Below are positions 1 through 9,441 of a stretch of 64,000 bases of DNA, one piece after another. How positions within the stretch are numbered: the first letter of the stretch is position 1; the number at the start of each line of letters is the position of its first letter. The DNA lies in the NCBI GenBank assembly GCA_963787835.1, contig CAWBEI010000003.1, positions 416,001 through 480,000 of the forward strand. Reading direction: 5' to 3'. The translations under genes were made by a program, and so were the position numbers. Source of the stretch: Ignavibacteriota bacterium. GTDB taxonomy: Bacteria > Bacteroidota > Ignavibacteria > Palsa-1295. The notes below the pieces were generated by a model. It was not told the DNA's origin. It worked only from the letters and a program-made list of their open reading frames with translations, and ran no database searches.

Positions 1-156
1 AGGCTGTTTTAAACGGATGGCATGTGGCACCGTCTCATCGACAAGTTCGTCCAGCGACCGAACTCCGGTCGTGGCAAGCATACGGTGGAGATCGTCCGCA
101 TTAGGACCAATGTGACGGTCTTGAAATTTTTCGGAATAGGAAAGCAGTGGATTCAT
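1..156 (-). CDS. gcvP: Glycine dehydrogenase (glycine cleavage P protein), 5' end, runs off the window
   Basis: Manual translation from ATG 156 gives MNPLLSYSEKFQDRHIGPNADDLHRMLATTGVRSLDELVDETVPHAIRLKQP, the characteristic FxxRHIGP...SLDEL..ETVP GcvP N-terminus. Too short to appear in the ORF track. Confidence 0.9.
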   Translation of the reverse strand, partial: MNPLLSYSEKFQDRHIGPNADDLHRMLATTGVRSLDELVDETVPHAIRLKQP

Positions 157-369
157 GGAGTGCGTAGTGTAGTATCAGATGGATTCACCAGTTGGTGATC
201 CCGGGGTGGAAGCCGCCCCTTTTACGCAAATTGATACGGAAAAGTTTTGGGCAAATTATTTAATCGCGAAACAGCACAACCCGTTTGTTCGTATTGCCGC
301 CTTCAAAGCCCAAACGCATCTGGCCTTCCAGCGTTTGCCAAGCACCAAGATTTCCGAGCACCCACTCGA

Positions 370-455
370 TAAAATAAAAAGCGCTTCGGCGTCATCGTGT
401 GTGGTGAGAGTTGGTCCTCCCTAATTTGTGAAACACTACGAGACCTCCGAAGCGC
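370..455 (-). terminator. Long imperfect hairpin followed by a U-tract on the minus strand (terminator/attenuator-like)
   Basis: GCGCTTCGG (381-389) pairs with CCGAAGCGC (447-455) and pairing extends inward (GTC/GAC, TCGT-GTGT/ACAC-T-ACGA). The A-rich run 370-380 reads TTTTTATTTT on the minus strand. Confidence 0.55.
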
Positions 456-736
456 CCCTCTCGTTCAATATGCCCTGTGGTCAGCAGGGCAACTTTGGTA
501 GCTTCGAACCGTGAGCTATGAGATTTACTCGTGCTCTCGGTTTGGCTCAAAAATCAGTTTTCAAATAGATCCGTCGATCGCGTCGGCTGTCAACGCATTG
601 CTTAAATGAACAGCCGCTAAATTCAGGAAGGTTTCCAAACGAGGGCTTGATTTTCAGAGTGTTGATGCTTACATAAAAGTACCGAAAGAGACCTCATAGC
701 GACCGAAGGACGGGGCGTGTGCCCGATTAACTTTTA

Positions 737-744
737 CAAATATA
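737..744 (-). promoter_or_regulatory. Candidate Bacteroidota-type -7 promoter element
   Basis: Minus strand TATATTTG matches TAnnTTTG in AT-rich context. No clean -33 element. Confidence 0.4.
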
Positions 745-916
745 ATACAATTATTTTGCGATTGCTTGAAATGTTGGCGCTGGGCGGGTTTTCCATGACC
801 AAACCCCCGAATAAATGAACGTTGGGGGAACCGGGTAGCTATCATTTTGGCTTATACGCGCTTGCTAAAGGGCTTCCCGGTTTTCTTTTGTATTATAGCG
901 CTTTTGCATTTTCATT

Positions 917-991
<75 letters not shown>

Positions 992-993
992 AT

Positions 994-1094
994 AATCTGA
1001 ACCTGGATTTCGCTGATTATTTGGATTTCGCTGATGAATATTAGAAGTTCATCAACGAAATCATCTTCAAATCAGCGAAATCCAGGTTCAGATT
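994..1094. repeat. REP/REPIN-like nested inverted repeat; probably also a bidirectional terminator
   Basis: Perfect 25-bp inverted repeat AATCTGAACCTGGATTTCGCTGATT (994-1018 / 1070-1094) enclosing a second imperfect pair (1024-1038 / 1048-1062), between converging tRNA-Pro and a CDS. Confidence 0.85.
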
Positions 1095-1095
1095 T

Positions 1096-1692
1096 TTATT
1101 TTTGCTCCTCCTGACCAGTATCGGAAGGTACCGGTTCCGATTGATCCACCGTTGCGCCATAATGCTTGCTATACATGTCATACCATTTGGTGACAGCCGC
1201 ATAGTTTTGCAGATGATTGGGTCCGTAATACGAGTATTCAACGCTGTTCTGATCGATAAACCTGTCATCGAGCACATGAAGCAATAACGCGGTCGAGCGA
1301 TAGACTTTCCAGCGGTCTGGCGCCAAAAGCGCTCGCGGCTCCTGGAAGGAAACGATCCAATCGGCACCAAGCTTTCGTGCGTATTTTTCCATCATCGCGA
1401 CCACATCTTCGGATTCTTCCGCTTGCACAACGATTGTCCCGATCACGATCGCGCTGCGCGGCATGATCGAATCCGGCATCGGCTCGTGATACGTAAGGCT
1501 CACAGAGTCATTGACAGCCGGTACAACGAATGGTGTCGAACTTTGCAAAATGACAGAGTCATGATCGCTTGATTTCAATATCTCCTTTGCTGGGTGTTCC
1601 AACGTAAAATACTGGGCAAATCCGGCCATCGGTGCTATGAGAAGCATACCTGCTATGGCGATGAACGATCGAAATTCCTTGAATTTCCACAT
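1096..1692 (-). CDS. Hypothetical exported protein
   Basis: 198-aa ORF with a Sec signal (..AGFA/Q). The central ARKLGADWIV segment weakly resembles YbjQ/dodecin-like modules. Confidence 0.75.
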   Translation of the reverse strand: MWKFKEFRSFIAIAGMLLIAPMAGFAQYFTLEHPAKEILKSSDHDSVILQSSTPFVVPAVNDSVSLTYHEPMPDSIMPRSAIVIGTIVVQAEESEDVVAMMEKYARKLGADWIVSFQEPRALLAPDRWKVYRSTALLLHVLDDRFIDQNSVEYSYYGPNHLQNYAAVTKWYDMYSKHYGATVDQSEPVPSDTGQEEQK

Positions 1693-1862
1693 AATATTCC
1701 TCTTGGGGTGCTTCCGGCTTTCGCTGGAAGCTTGGCAAACTGTCCGGTTATTCGGCCAGTACCTAGTGATATGACAATATGTAAGCCAGTGGGGAGTTAT
1801 GGGATGTTGTAGGTGAATGCTGTAGAACGAACTGTTTTGGAACCTACTCGTTCTAATAGATC

Positions 1863-2093
1863 ATGATTCAGACACAAGTTGCTATTCCTGAGAACATCGA
1901 CGTCATTCTGGCTTCGCTTGCATCCGTGCAAGGGAAGAAAAAGGAGGATATTATTGTCGAGGCGGTGGAGGCGTATGTGCATCAACCTCGAACGCAGGAA
2001 GAGATCCTCGCTCTCCGGCGAAGCGCGCGTGGGATCTGGAAAGACAGAACCGATCTCCCCGATTTCGATGCACTCCGAAAAACAATGCGGTAA
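1863..2093 (+). CDS. CopG/ribbon-helix-helix antitoxin (VapB-like), no adjacent toxin
   Basis: N-terminal TQVAIP..IIVEAVEAY RHH pattern and C-terminal ARGIWKDRTDLPDFDALR, typical of RHH antitoxins that precede PIN toxins. Confidence 0.75.
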   Translation: MIQTQVAIPENIDVILASLASVQGKKKEDIIVEAVEAYVHQPRTQEEILALRRSARGIWKDRTDLPDFDALRKTMR

Positions 2094-2296
2094 GGAAGAA
2101 ATGATTCATCTTCCGCTTCCCAAAGAAAAAGGTGCCATTTTTCTTTCATGTGAGTTCCCGACATTCCCTATTCATCCTTCGTTTCTGAGCCAATTTCGCC
2201 ATTTGTTCCAACAGGTATTCATAAAAGTCCCTTCACAGAGAACTCGTTCATAATGAAACCTATCGCTTCCATTTTCAATGAGCCACCGAGCACCTA

Positions 2297-2317
2297 TTCT
2301 TAATTCTCAATTCTTAA
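2297..2317. repeat. Heptamer tandem repeat (TTCTYAA)x3
   Basis: TTCTTAA TTCTCAA TTCTTAA in intergenic DNA. Confidence 0.6.
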
Positions 2318-2476
2318 TTGAAAATTGATACAGGTGCCCATCAAAGCACGAGCAATCTACGCAATTAAATTGGCAATGTCAAGGCTTTACTGAAAATAGT
2401 TGAAATTAGTTATTCGTAGCTTGCCATAAGAAAGAAGAAATATTTCGAATTTCTGACACGTCAATTTCTTTCGTTG

Positions 2477-2484
2477 TATGTTTG
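2477..2484 (+). promoter_or_regulatory. Candidate TAnnTTTG -7 promoter element of the large T9SS gene
   Basis: TATGTTTG. It overlaps the TTG the ORF track uses as start, so that start is doubtful. Confidence 0.4.
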
Positions 2485-5400
2485 TACATAGTCAATTGTT
2501 TGCAGACGTCCGCCGTAGGTCTGACGGACGTGTTTTCATTATTAACCACAAGGAATCAGCAATATGTTACGGAACCATTTAACACCACTCCCCCAAGCGG
2601 AGAAAACTCAGCACTCAGCACTCAGCACTCTCGCACGAGAGCATTGATAATGTTAGCTCTCTTTCTTGCTTGTTCAATCAGCGCGGGAGGCCTGAGTGCA
2701 CAAACAGCTTACAACTTTGGGCCTACAGCACTTGATATCCCTGCTGTCACGGGATCGGGACAGAACATCCTAACGATGGATTGTTTTGCTGCCAACGGAT
2801 ACGGACAGTGGACATCGTCAAGTAATACAACCAACTCGATCGGCTATAAAGCCTGCTTCCTCCTCTCGAACCAATTGAATAGTAAGCCTGGCTCTGGATC
2901 ATGGGATGATGCGATGGCCGGAGTCCTCGGTGTGAAACAGTTCACCTATAATAACAGTGATGTTTATCCCTATCCCACTGACGTCTATCCCACCGAAGCA
3001 ATTAAATGCGTTGCGAATCTAAAGGGTAATGTCCGTTATGTTTGGATAGATAATACTTCTGCTAGAGACCAATTCTATGTAGAAGGGTTCGACCCAGCAA
3101 CATCGACGAATGCTTCAACTGGTATTGGAATCGACTTTGTCGGCCTTGGAAGTGGTTCTAGCAGTGCGGCCATACTCAAAAATTCCACCACTGCTACCTA
3201 TTACACAGAAGGCGTAATCAGTTCAGGCACGCTCGTCTCATCAACAAACGAGGCGCTTTATCCCGATATGTTCGATGTTGCTATCGACGCCAATTATCTT
3301 TACATTGTGTGGGAAGAGTACTCATCGCCAACTTACTCGATTTATGGTGCGGCGGTAAATCTAAGTACCAACGCGGTAACACAGTTGGGCCTTGTTGCAT
3401 ACGGCAGACGGCCTACGGTGTCGATAGATGTTCGGAATTCTGGAAGTATTGGCAACATTGACGTAGCCTATCTGTTGACAGTTCCGGGTAATGTAAATTG
3501 GACTGAGTATAATGAAAGCACCACGTTGTGGTCATCGCCTGTTTCTGTGACGACGACAATGTCCGGCTATGGATGGAATTGGTCCAACGCCACGCATGCA
3601 AGGATTGTGGATGCAAGTGCCCCAGGTAGTAGTTCAACGGATAAAGCTATTTATTTTATTGCATCCGATAACAATTCAACCCCTGCTCTCTTCTTGAATC
3701 GCATCGTGGCTGGGTCACTCTCTGCTTCGTGTAATTATTGCGACGGCTACTATAACACCACACGCCCGGCAAATTCTCCAATTGTAACATCATCGGGCTA
3801 CGCAGTGATGGATGATTACATTCGTGCATTCATAAACCCATACGACGGTAATACTTCTTCTGGCTCGTTCAATCATTTTAATTGCCTTTATGTCCTCAAC
3901 TATTCCGGGGGGCCGACGCATGGCTTAACACCGGTTATGATCATTCAAGGAAGCAATCCTGATAGTGCATATTGTGTAAGTGGAGGAACCACTTTAGGAA
4001 GCTTTCCTTACGACGACCCGGTGGCAAAGACTATGCACAAACCTTATCAGTATGTTGGAGGCGCGAATCAAATGGGAATTTATGTCCATTGGACTGGCCT
4101 AAACACAGGCGATCATTACGTTCAAACTGACGCACACTCTATCGATCAATATATAGAGGAAAACACCCTCCTAACAGCTAAATGTACTGTTGACAACAAT
4201 GTAAACCTCACCAGCAACTGGCTAACGCTTTATTCAGATCCCGGGTCGGCTGGGATCACGGGATATAGCGGTTCAGGTATTCTTAACATCAATAATGGAA
4301 AAAAACTTGACATTCCTTCCGGTGGTTATGGCGATTTCGTTCTCATTGGGGCTTCAACGATTAATTTCGACAATACAGCAGGCGATATTATCGAGGTGGA
4401 CGCAAACGACCAAATGGATTTTTATGGCAGCGCAAATAGCTCCATTGTTGGAACGGGTGAATTCAAATTCGTGGGTTCCGGAGATTATGTTGCTACCGGG
4501 TCGTATGGATCGTACGTTTGGACGATCTCCGCTCCGGCTACGCTCAATCTACATCCTGGCACAAGCTTAATTGTCGGAACTTCTTACAGCAACCCAAACT
4601 ATTTTACCTGCACCGATGCAGAGATTCATGCGAATACCGGAACTAATGTAATAACTGGAAGCGGAACCACGTGGGGTAATCTTACTCTTAATGGCCATTC
4701 CAGCTTTACCCAAAGCATCATTGAATCCGATTATACCGGCGACATCACATCCTCAAATCCCATCATCACTATTCAGAGCAACGGCTCAGCGGGTTCTGCA
4801 TGGCCTTCCTGGACTAATGGAACAGGCAACGCTGATTATAATGGTACTTATTCTTCTTTAACCTTTGCAATAGACACCTTTGAGAAATGCCTCTTTACAA
4901 CTGGTAGTAATACGGGACATGCCTACATCCAGATTTTAGGAAAAAATATTGCTCCTAACGGCCTTATTGTTGACCAAGGATATGTCGAGGGTATTTCCTT
5001 CATTTCGCCTCCTACTGGTTCAAGTTGGATCAATCCATACTGGCCTATAACATTTACTGGTGTGACATTCGGAAGAATCGTTCAATATGGAATGGATATT
5101 TCATTTCTTTATCCTCCGTCACAAGCCGAGTACACCGAGTACAGTCTACTTGTGAATGGGTGTGGCTTCCAAGGCTTCGACCCATTAAGTTCTCCAAACC
5201 CAGATGGTATCAAAGTAGAGTCTGCAGCAGATTTGATTGCAATCCCCGGTTCTACACCGACTGCAGCAGAGGATGCCTTGCGAGAAGATATTACAATAGA
5301 AAATAATACTTTCGAGCCTACTATTTATTTCCCATACAATGGGATGGAAACGGATGAGACAGATGGCAGCATCGAGGCTGCAATTCATTTCAGTGATGCA

Positions 5401-7029
5401 ACAGGGGATATTATATCTAATAATATATCAGGGGAGAAATATGAACGTGGAATTTGGAACGAAAGTTCAACGTCAGCAAGCCACGACGATACGTGGACAT
5501 TCATGTGCACCAACAATATTTCCAGCCTCGCATACGCTGGGGCAGCAGGTATTTCTACCGATTGGTACACAGGATATATCAAATCAGATACTATTTTCTA
5601 CTGCACCACCGGTCAGCTTAGTGGATACAATGATGCTGGACACATCGACTTTTCTGGCTATGCTTACAATTATGGCCCTGCTTATACCGGAGTTAATGGA
5701 AGCCAAACCGATATCGCAGGTGTTCATCACCCAAGTGACCCCTCAATTGACGATCCGGCATACAACATTTTCGAAAACAATAATTCCGGAGGGATTCAGA
5801 TAACTTTAGATCAATCTAACTATCCGACCTATCCTTATTCTTTGGTTTATCTTGGTCAGGCAGGGCCGTACTCAGGCTCTTGGGCAGTGTTCGGTGACAA
5901 CGACATAGAGGGGTCTACAGACGTCGCTTCGACGCTATCTGGAACCCCGATTGTTGATGTTGGCAACAACTATTGGGGTGGTTCCCCGGGTGTAGCCTTC
6001 AGCGGCACAAATGTTACATATACCGATCATGCTGGCGACCTTTCCTCACAGGACATATCCAGAGACTTCACGTGTACGAGCGATGACGATGACGCTTCAA
6101 AAAGGAAAGGCGCAAAAACCCCGTTAATTCTGGCAGCAGATACTGCCATGTCTCATTGTGACAGTCTTCTCACTAACGGATACGGGTTGTTAATTGATGG
6201 GTTTTGGCAAGATAGTTATGACACTCTCAGACTTTTCATGGAGGAATGTCCTTTCTATGTAGGTGGAAAATATAACGCAGGTGTTGCGTCATATGAAGGT
6301 TTCAATTATGTAAGCAACGCCGTAACACAATGGCAAGCTGGTGGTGTGGAACGCTGGAGTGATTTTCTTGCATGGCTTAAACAAGTTCTTTACTTGAATC
6401 CTGATACAACTTGGTATTGCAGTGACGTAGGTGATATGATCACGGCCTTTCAAAACAACGAGGCCGAACAAGAGTCTGCGATTCAATACGTAGTCAATAG
6501 CGGGAAGTGCCCAGGCTTCGCTTCACTATTAAGCGCACCGTCATATTGGCGCCACCAGTTCTGGCTAGATTCGATCTTGGTTAAATACGATACTGTGCAA
6601 CCTTGGGGCAAATATGGTTGGTGGGTTGATAGTTTAGTCAATCAGGATACGCTTGCAAATCCTTATGATTCAACCATTCCTTCGTTGCAGCAGGAGAACC
6701 TTCAAATTCTTATGGGGCAGCAATTCGCTGGAATTCAACCAAGTTCCCCCATCACTTCGCAGGGTTTGCTCTCCGCGCAGCTTCTTGAAAACCCGATTAA
6801 GGATGAAATCGATGTATCCTACCAAATGGGCCGCACTGCGCTGGTTACCATGGAGCTTCGGGATGTTCTGGGCCGCTCGGTTCCCATCGCTAATGCTAAA
6901 TATCAATTAGAGCAACCCGGTTCGCATCAAGCCAGCATTCCTGCTCCCAATCTGCCACCGGGAACATATTATCTACGCATCACCACTGATGCCGGCGACG
7001 CGATAACGTTGAAAGTGATGAAGGAATAA
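2482..7029 (+). CDS. Very large T9SS-secreted surface protein (beta-rich N-terminus, beta-helix-like middle, helical Cys-containing domain, T9SS CTD); start uncertain (ATG 2564 with frameshift, or ATG 2650)
   Basis: 1515-aa ORF rich in Ser/Thr/Gly/Asn/Tyr. Signal h-region ALIMLALFLACSISAGGLSA, NNYWG motif, C-terminus ENP..ELRDVLGR..LPPGTYYLRI..KVMKE. Confidence 0.85.
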   Translation: MYIVNCLQTSAVGLTDVFSLLTTRNQQYVTEPFNTTPPSGENSALSTQHSRTRALIMLALFLACSISAGGLSAQTAYNFGPTALDIPAVTGSGQNILTMDCFAANGYGQWTSSSNTTNSIGYKACFLLSNQLNSKPGSGSWDDAMAGVLGVKQFTYNNSDVYPYPTDVYPTEAIKCVANLKGNVRYVWIDNTSARDQFYVEGFDPATSTNASTGIGIDFVGLGSGSSSAAILKNSTTATYYTEGVISSGTLVSSTNEALYPDMFDVAIDANYLYIVWEEYSSPTYSIYGAAVNLSTNAVTQLGLVAYGRRPTVSIDVRNSGSIGNIDVAYLLTVPGNVNWTEYNESTTLWSSPVSVTTTMSGYGWNWSNATHARIVDASAPGSSSTDKAIYFIASDNNSTPALFLNRIVAGSLSASCNYCDGYYNTTRPANSPIVTSSGYAVMDDYIRAFINPYDGNTSSGSFNHFNCLYVLNYSGGPTHGLTPVMIIQGSNPDSAYCVSGGTTLGSFPYDDPVAKTMHKPYQYVGGANQMGIYVHWTGLNTGDHYVQTDAHSIDQYIEENTLLTAKCTVDNNVNLTSNWLTLYSDPGSAGITGYSGSGILNINNGKKLDIPSGGYGDFVLIGASTINFDNTAGDIIEVDANDQMDFYGSANSSIVGTGEFKFVGSGDYVATGSYGSYVWTISAPATLNLHPGTSLIVGTSYSNPNYFTCTDAEIHANTGTNVITGSGTTWGNLTLNGHSSFTQSIIESDYTGDITSSNPIITIQSNGSAGSAWPSWTNGTGNADYNGTYSSLTFAIDTFEKCLFTTGSNTGHAYIQILGKNIAPNGLIVDQGYVEGISFISPPTGSSWINPYWPITFTGVTFGRIVQYGMDISFLYPPSQAEYTEYSLLVNGCGFQGFDPLSSPNPDGIKVESAADLIAIPGSTPTAAEDALREDITIENNTFEPTIYFPYNGMETDETDGSIEAAIHFSDATGDIISNNISGEKYERGIWNESSTSASHDDTWTFMCTNNISSLAYAGAAGISTDWYTGYIKSDTIFYCTTGQLSGYNDAGHIDFSGYAYNYGPAYTGVNGSQTDIAGVHHPSDPSIDDPAYNIFENNNSGGIQITLDQSNYPTYPYSLVYLGQAGPYSGSWAVFGDNDIEGSTDVASTLSGTPIVDVGNNYWGGSPGVAFSGTNVTYTDHAGDLSSQDISRDFTCTSDDDDASKRKGAKTPLILAADTAMSHCDSLLTNGYGLLIDGFWQDSYDTLRLFMEECPFYVGGKYNAGVASYEGFNYVSNAVTQWQAGGVERWSDFLAWLKQVLYLNPDTTWYCSDVGDMITAFQNNEAEQESAIQYVVNSGKCPGFASLLSAPSYWRHQFWLDSILVKYDTVQPWGKYGWWVDSLVNQDTLANPYDSTIPSLQQENLQILMGQQFAGIQPSSPITSQGLLSAQLLENPIKDEIDVSYQMGRTALVTMELRDVLGRSVPIANAKYQLEQPGSHQASIPAPNLPPGTYYLRITTDAGDAITLKVMKE
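2606..2630 (+). repeat. Heptamer tandem repeat (ACTCAGC)x3 in the signal-peptide region
   Basis: ACTCAGC ACTCAGC ACTCAGC ACTC read directly. Confidence 0.85.
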
Positions 7030-7048
7030 ATGAAAACAGGTAATTTCG

Positions 7049-7095
7049 AACAACAACTGACAAATGGCTCACCCCATTCGTCAGTTGTCGTTTTT
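7049..7095 (+). terminator. Intrinsic terminator
   Basis: Stem ACAACTGAC..AATGG / CCATT..GTCAGTTGT followed by TTTTT just after the stop at 7029. Confidence 0.7.
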
Positions 7096-7286
7096 ACGTG
7101 TCTTATTGAAAGAAAACGGGGTATTTTCGCGGGGCACTACTTAGCGGCTCCCTCCGTTCTCCCGCTTCCCTAAAAGAGGGTAACTTTAACTCCGGCGAAT
7201 GCGCGTGACGGGCAGTGCTGACGCCGGTATCTCAAACTATCGAACGCCCGGGAATCAACGCCGTCTTAGGCGCCACCATTAATTAC

Positions 7287-9434
7287 ATGACTGAACTCGA
7301 ACTAACACAAACACTGTCCGATGCAGCGGATACTGCAACTCTCGAACAACCACTCCCGGCCACATCTGTGGCGGAAGAAAATGAACCAGGCTCACCGGCC
7401 GCTATAACAGAAGCGCCCGCCGAGGCGCCCACGTCATCGGCCCAAATCGTGGTCGAACAGCCCCATAAGAATGGGCGCGCAAAAACGGTCCCGTCCCGTC
7501 GCGCAAAATTCACGGTCCTCGATCCGAACACCAAATTAGGTGGCGGCTATACCACGGAAGAACGTACCGAACTCGAGCAACTCTACGGAGCCTCGCTCTC
7601 CACGCTTGCCGATGGTCAGATCGTCAAGGGACATATCGTCCTGCTAACGAGCGATGAAGTGACGGTAGATATTGGATTCAAATCCGAAGGCGTTATCGCC
7701 CGCAATGAATTTGTACTTACGCCGGATCTGAAGATCGGCGATGAAGTGGAAGTGTATCTCGAATCCATCGAGGATCGCGAAGGCCGGTTGGTCTTGAGCC
7801 GCAAGCGCGCAGAGTTCACGCGCACCTGGCAGCGTATCATCGAGGCGCAGAAATCGGGCGAAGTGCTCGAAGCCAAATGCTTGCGCCGCATTAAGGGCGG
7901 AATGGTCGTCGATGTGTTGGGCGTGGAAGCATTCCTTCCCGGCAGCCAGATCGATACGAAGCCCATCCGCGATTTCGATGCCTTCCTCGGACGCTCGCTT
8001 GAAGTTCGGGTCGTCAAGATCAACTTCCAGCAAGAGAATATCGTCGTCAGCCACAAGGTATTGCTCGAAGAGCACATCCTCGATCAGCGCAAGGAGATCG
8101 TTGAGAAATTGGAGCGCGGTCAGGTGCTCGAGGGAACCGTCAAAGCCATTGCAGATTTCGGCGCGTTCGTCGATCTGGGCGGCGTCGATGGCCTTGTTCA
8201 TATCACCGACCTATCATGGGGCCGTGTGACGCATCCAAGCGAAGTCATCAAGCTCGATCAGGTCGTCACCGTCGTCGTGCTCGATTACGACGAGAACAAG
8301 AAGCGTATCTCGCTCGGCATGAAGCAGCTCCTGCCACATCCGTGGACGGAGATCGAGCAGAAGTATCAGGTTGGCCAGCGCGTCAGCGGGAAGGTTGTAT
8401 CCATGACGGATTACGGCGCATTCATCGAACTCGAAAAGGGTATCGAAGGCCTGATCCACGTCAGCGAAATGTCGTGGATACAGCATGTGAAGCATCCATC
8501 GCAGATCCTGACGATCGGCCAGGATGTCGAAGCGCTCATCCTCAACATCGATCAGGATTCGAAGAAGATCTCGCTTGGACTGAAGCAGTTGGAACCCGAC
8601 CCGTGGACGCTGTTCCTCGAAAAATATCCGATGGGATCGAAACATCGCGGTATCGTTCGCAACCTTACGAGCTTTGGCGCATTCATCGAGCTCGAACCGG
8701 GCGTCGATGGGCTGGTACACATCAGCGATCTTTCCTGGACGAAGAAAGTGCAGCATCCGGGCGAAGTATTGAAGAAGGGCGAAGAGATCGACGTTATGAT
8801 CTTAGGTATCGATCTGGAAAATCGCCGCATTTCGCTTGGCCACAAGCAGGTGCTCGATAATCCATGGGATAATCTGGAAACCATTTATGGCGAAGGCAAG
8901 GATACCGAAGGCAAGATCGTCCGCATCATCGATAAGGGCGTGATCGTCGAATTGCCGATGGGCGTCGATGGTTTCGTTCCCGTCTCGCAGCTTGCGTTCT
9001 TCCCGATCAAGAATATTCGGGACAGCTTCCACGTCGATGAAATGCTCAACCTTCGCGTGATCGAGTTCGACTCCGAAAACAAGAAAATAGTTCTCTCCGC
9101 CACCGAATGGCTGAAATCGCAGGACCGTCAGGCCCTGGAAGAGTTCAACGCCAAACATCCGATCCCGAAAGAGACACTCGAAGAGATGTCCAAGAAACGC
9201 CGCGATGCGCCGGGCGACAAACGCCCGAAACGCACCGGACGCGGAAAGAAAAAGGATGAAGCCGGCGCCAATGGTGAGGCTACGGAAACTCCTGAAGGAA
9301 CCATCGATCTCGCGGCGCTCGTCGAGCAAGCCCCAAGCCCGAAAGAGCTTGGACATTTCGACCTTCCCGAAGAAATGCTGGAACCCGCACCGATCCCGCC
9401 GGGAGAAATTCCCGAAGTCGTGGAAGAGGGATAA
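7287..9434 (+). CDS. rpsA: 30S ribosomal protein S1 with long N- and C-terminal extensions
   Basis: Six S1 repeats (DIGFKSEG, AFLPGSQID, FGAFVDLGGVDGLVHITDLSW, YGAFIELEKGIEGLIHVSEMSW etc.). ATG 7287 preferred over GTG 7215. Confidence 0.97.
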   Translation: MTELELTQTLSDAADTATLEQPLPATSVAEENEPGSPAAITEAPAEAPTSSAQIVVEQPHKNGRAKTVPSRRAKFTVLDPNTKLGGGYTTEERTELEQLYGASLSTLADGQIVKGHIVLLTSDEVTVDIGFKSEGVIARNEFVLTPDLKIGDEVEVYLESIEDREGRLVLSRKRAEFTRTWQRIIEAQKSGEVLEAKCLRRIKGGMVVDVLGVEAFLPGSQIDTKPIRDFDAFLGRSLEVRVVKINFQQENIVVSHKVLLEEHILDQRKEIVEKLERGQVLEGTVKAIADFGAFVDLGGVDGLVHITDLSWGRVTHPSEVIKLDQVVTVVVLDYDENKKRISLGMKQLLPHPWTEIEQKYQVGQRVSGKVVSMTDYGAFIELEKGIEGLIHVSEMSWIQHVKHPSQILTIGQDVEALILNIDQDSKKISLGLKQLEPDPWTLFLEKYPMGSKHRGIVRNLTSFGAFIELEPGVDGLVHISDLSWTKKVQHPGEVLKKGEEIDVMILGIDLENRRISLGHKQVLDNPWDNLETIYGEGKDTEGKIVRIIDKGVIVELPMGVDGFVPVSQLAFFPIKNIRDSFHVDEMLNLRVIEFDSENKKIVLSATEWLKSQDRQALEEFNAKHPIPKETLEEMSKKRRDAPGDKRPKRTGRGKKKDEAGANGEATETPEGTIDLAALVEQAPSPKELGHFDLPEEMLEPAPIPPGEIPEVVEEG

Positions 9435-9441
9435 AGCCGAA

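Noticed and set aside
179-424. 81-aa plus-strand ORF
   Set aside because: No recognisable motif, starts only 22 bp from the divergent gcvP start and runs across hairpins; probably spurious.
676-736. Glycine-riboswitch-like words on the plus strand (GAGACC..GACCGAAGGA) near gcvP
   Set aside because: Wrong strand for gcvP and lacks the CTCTCAGG 3' core.
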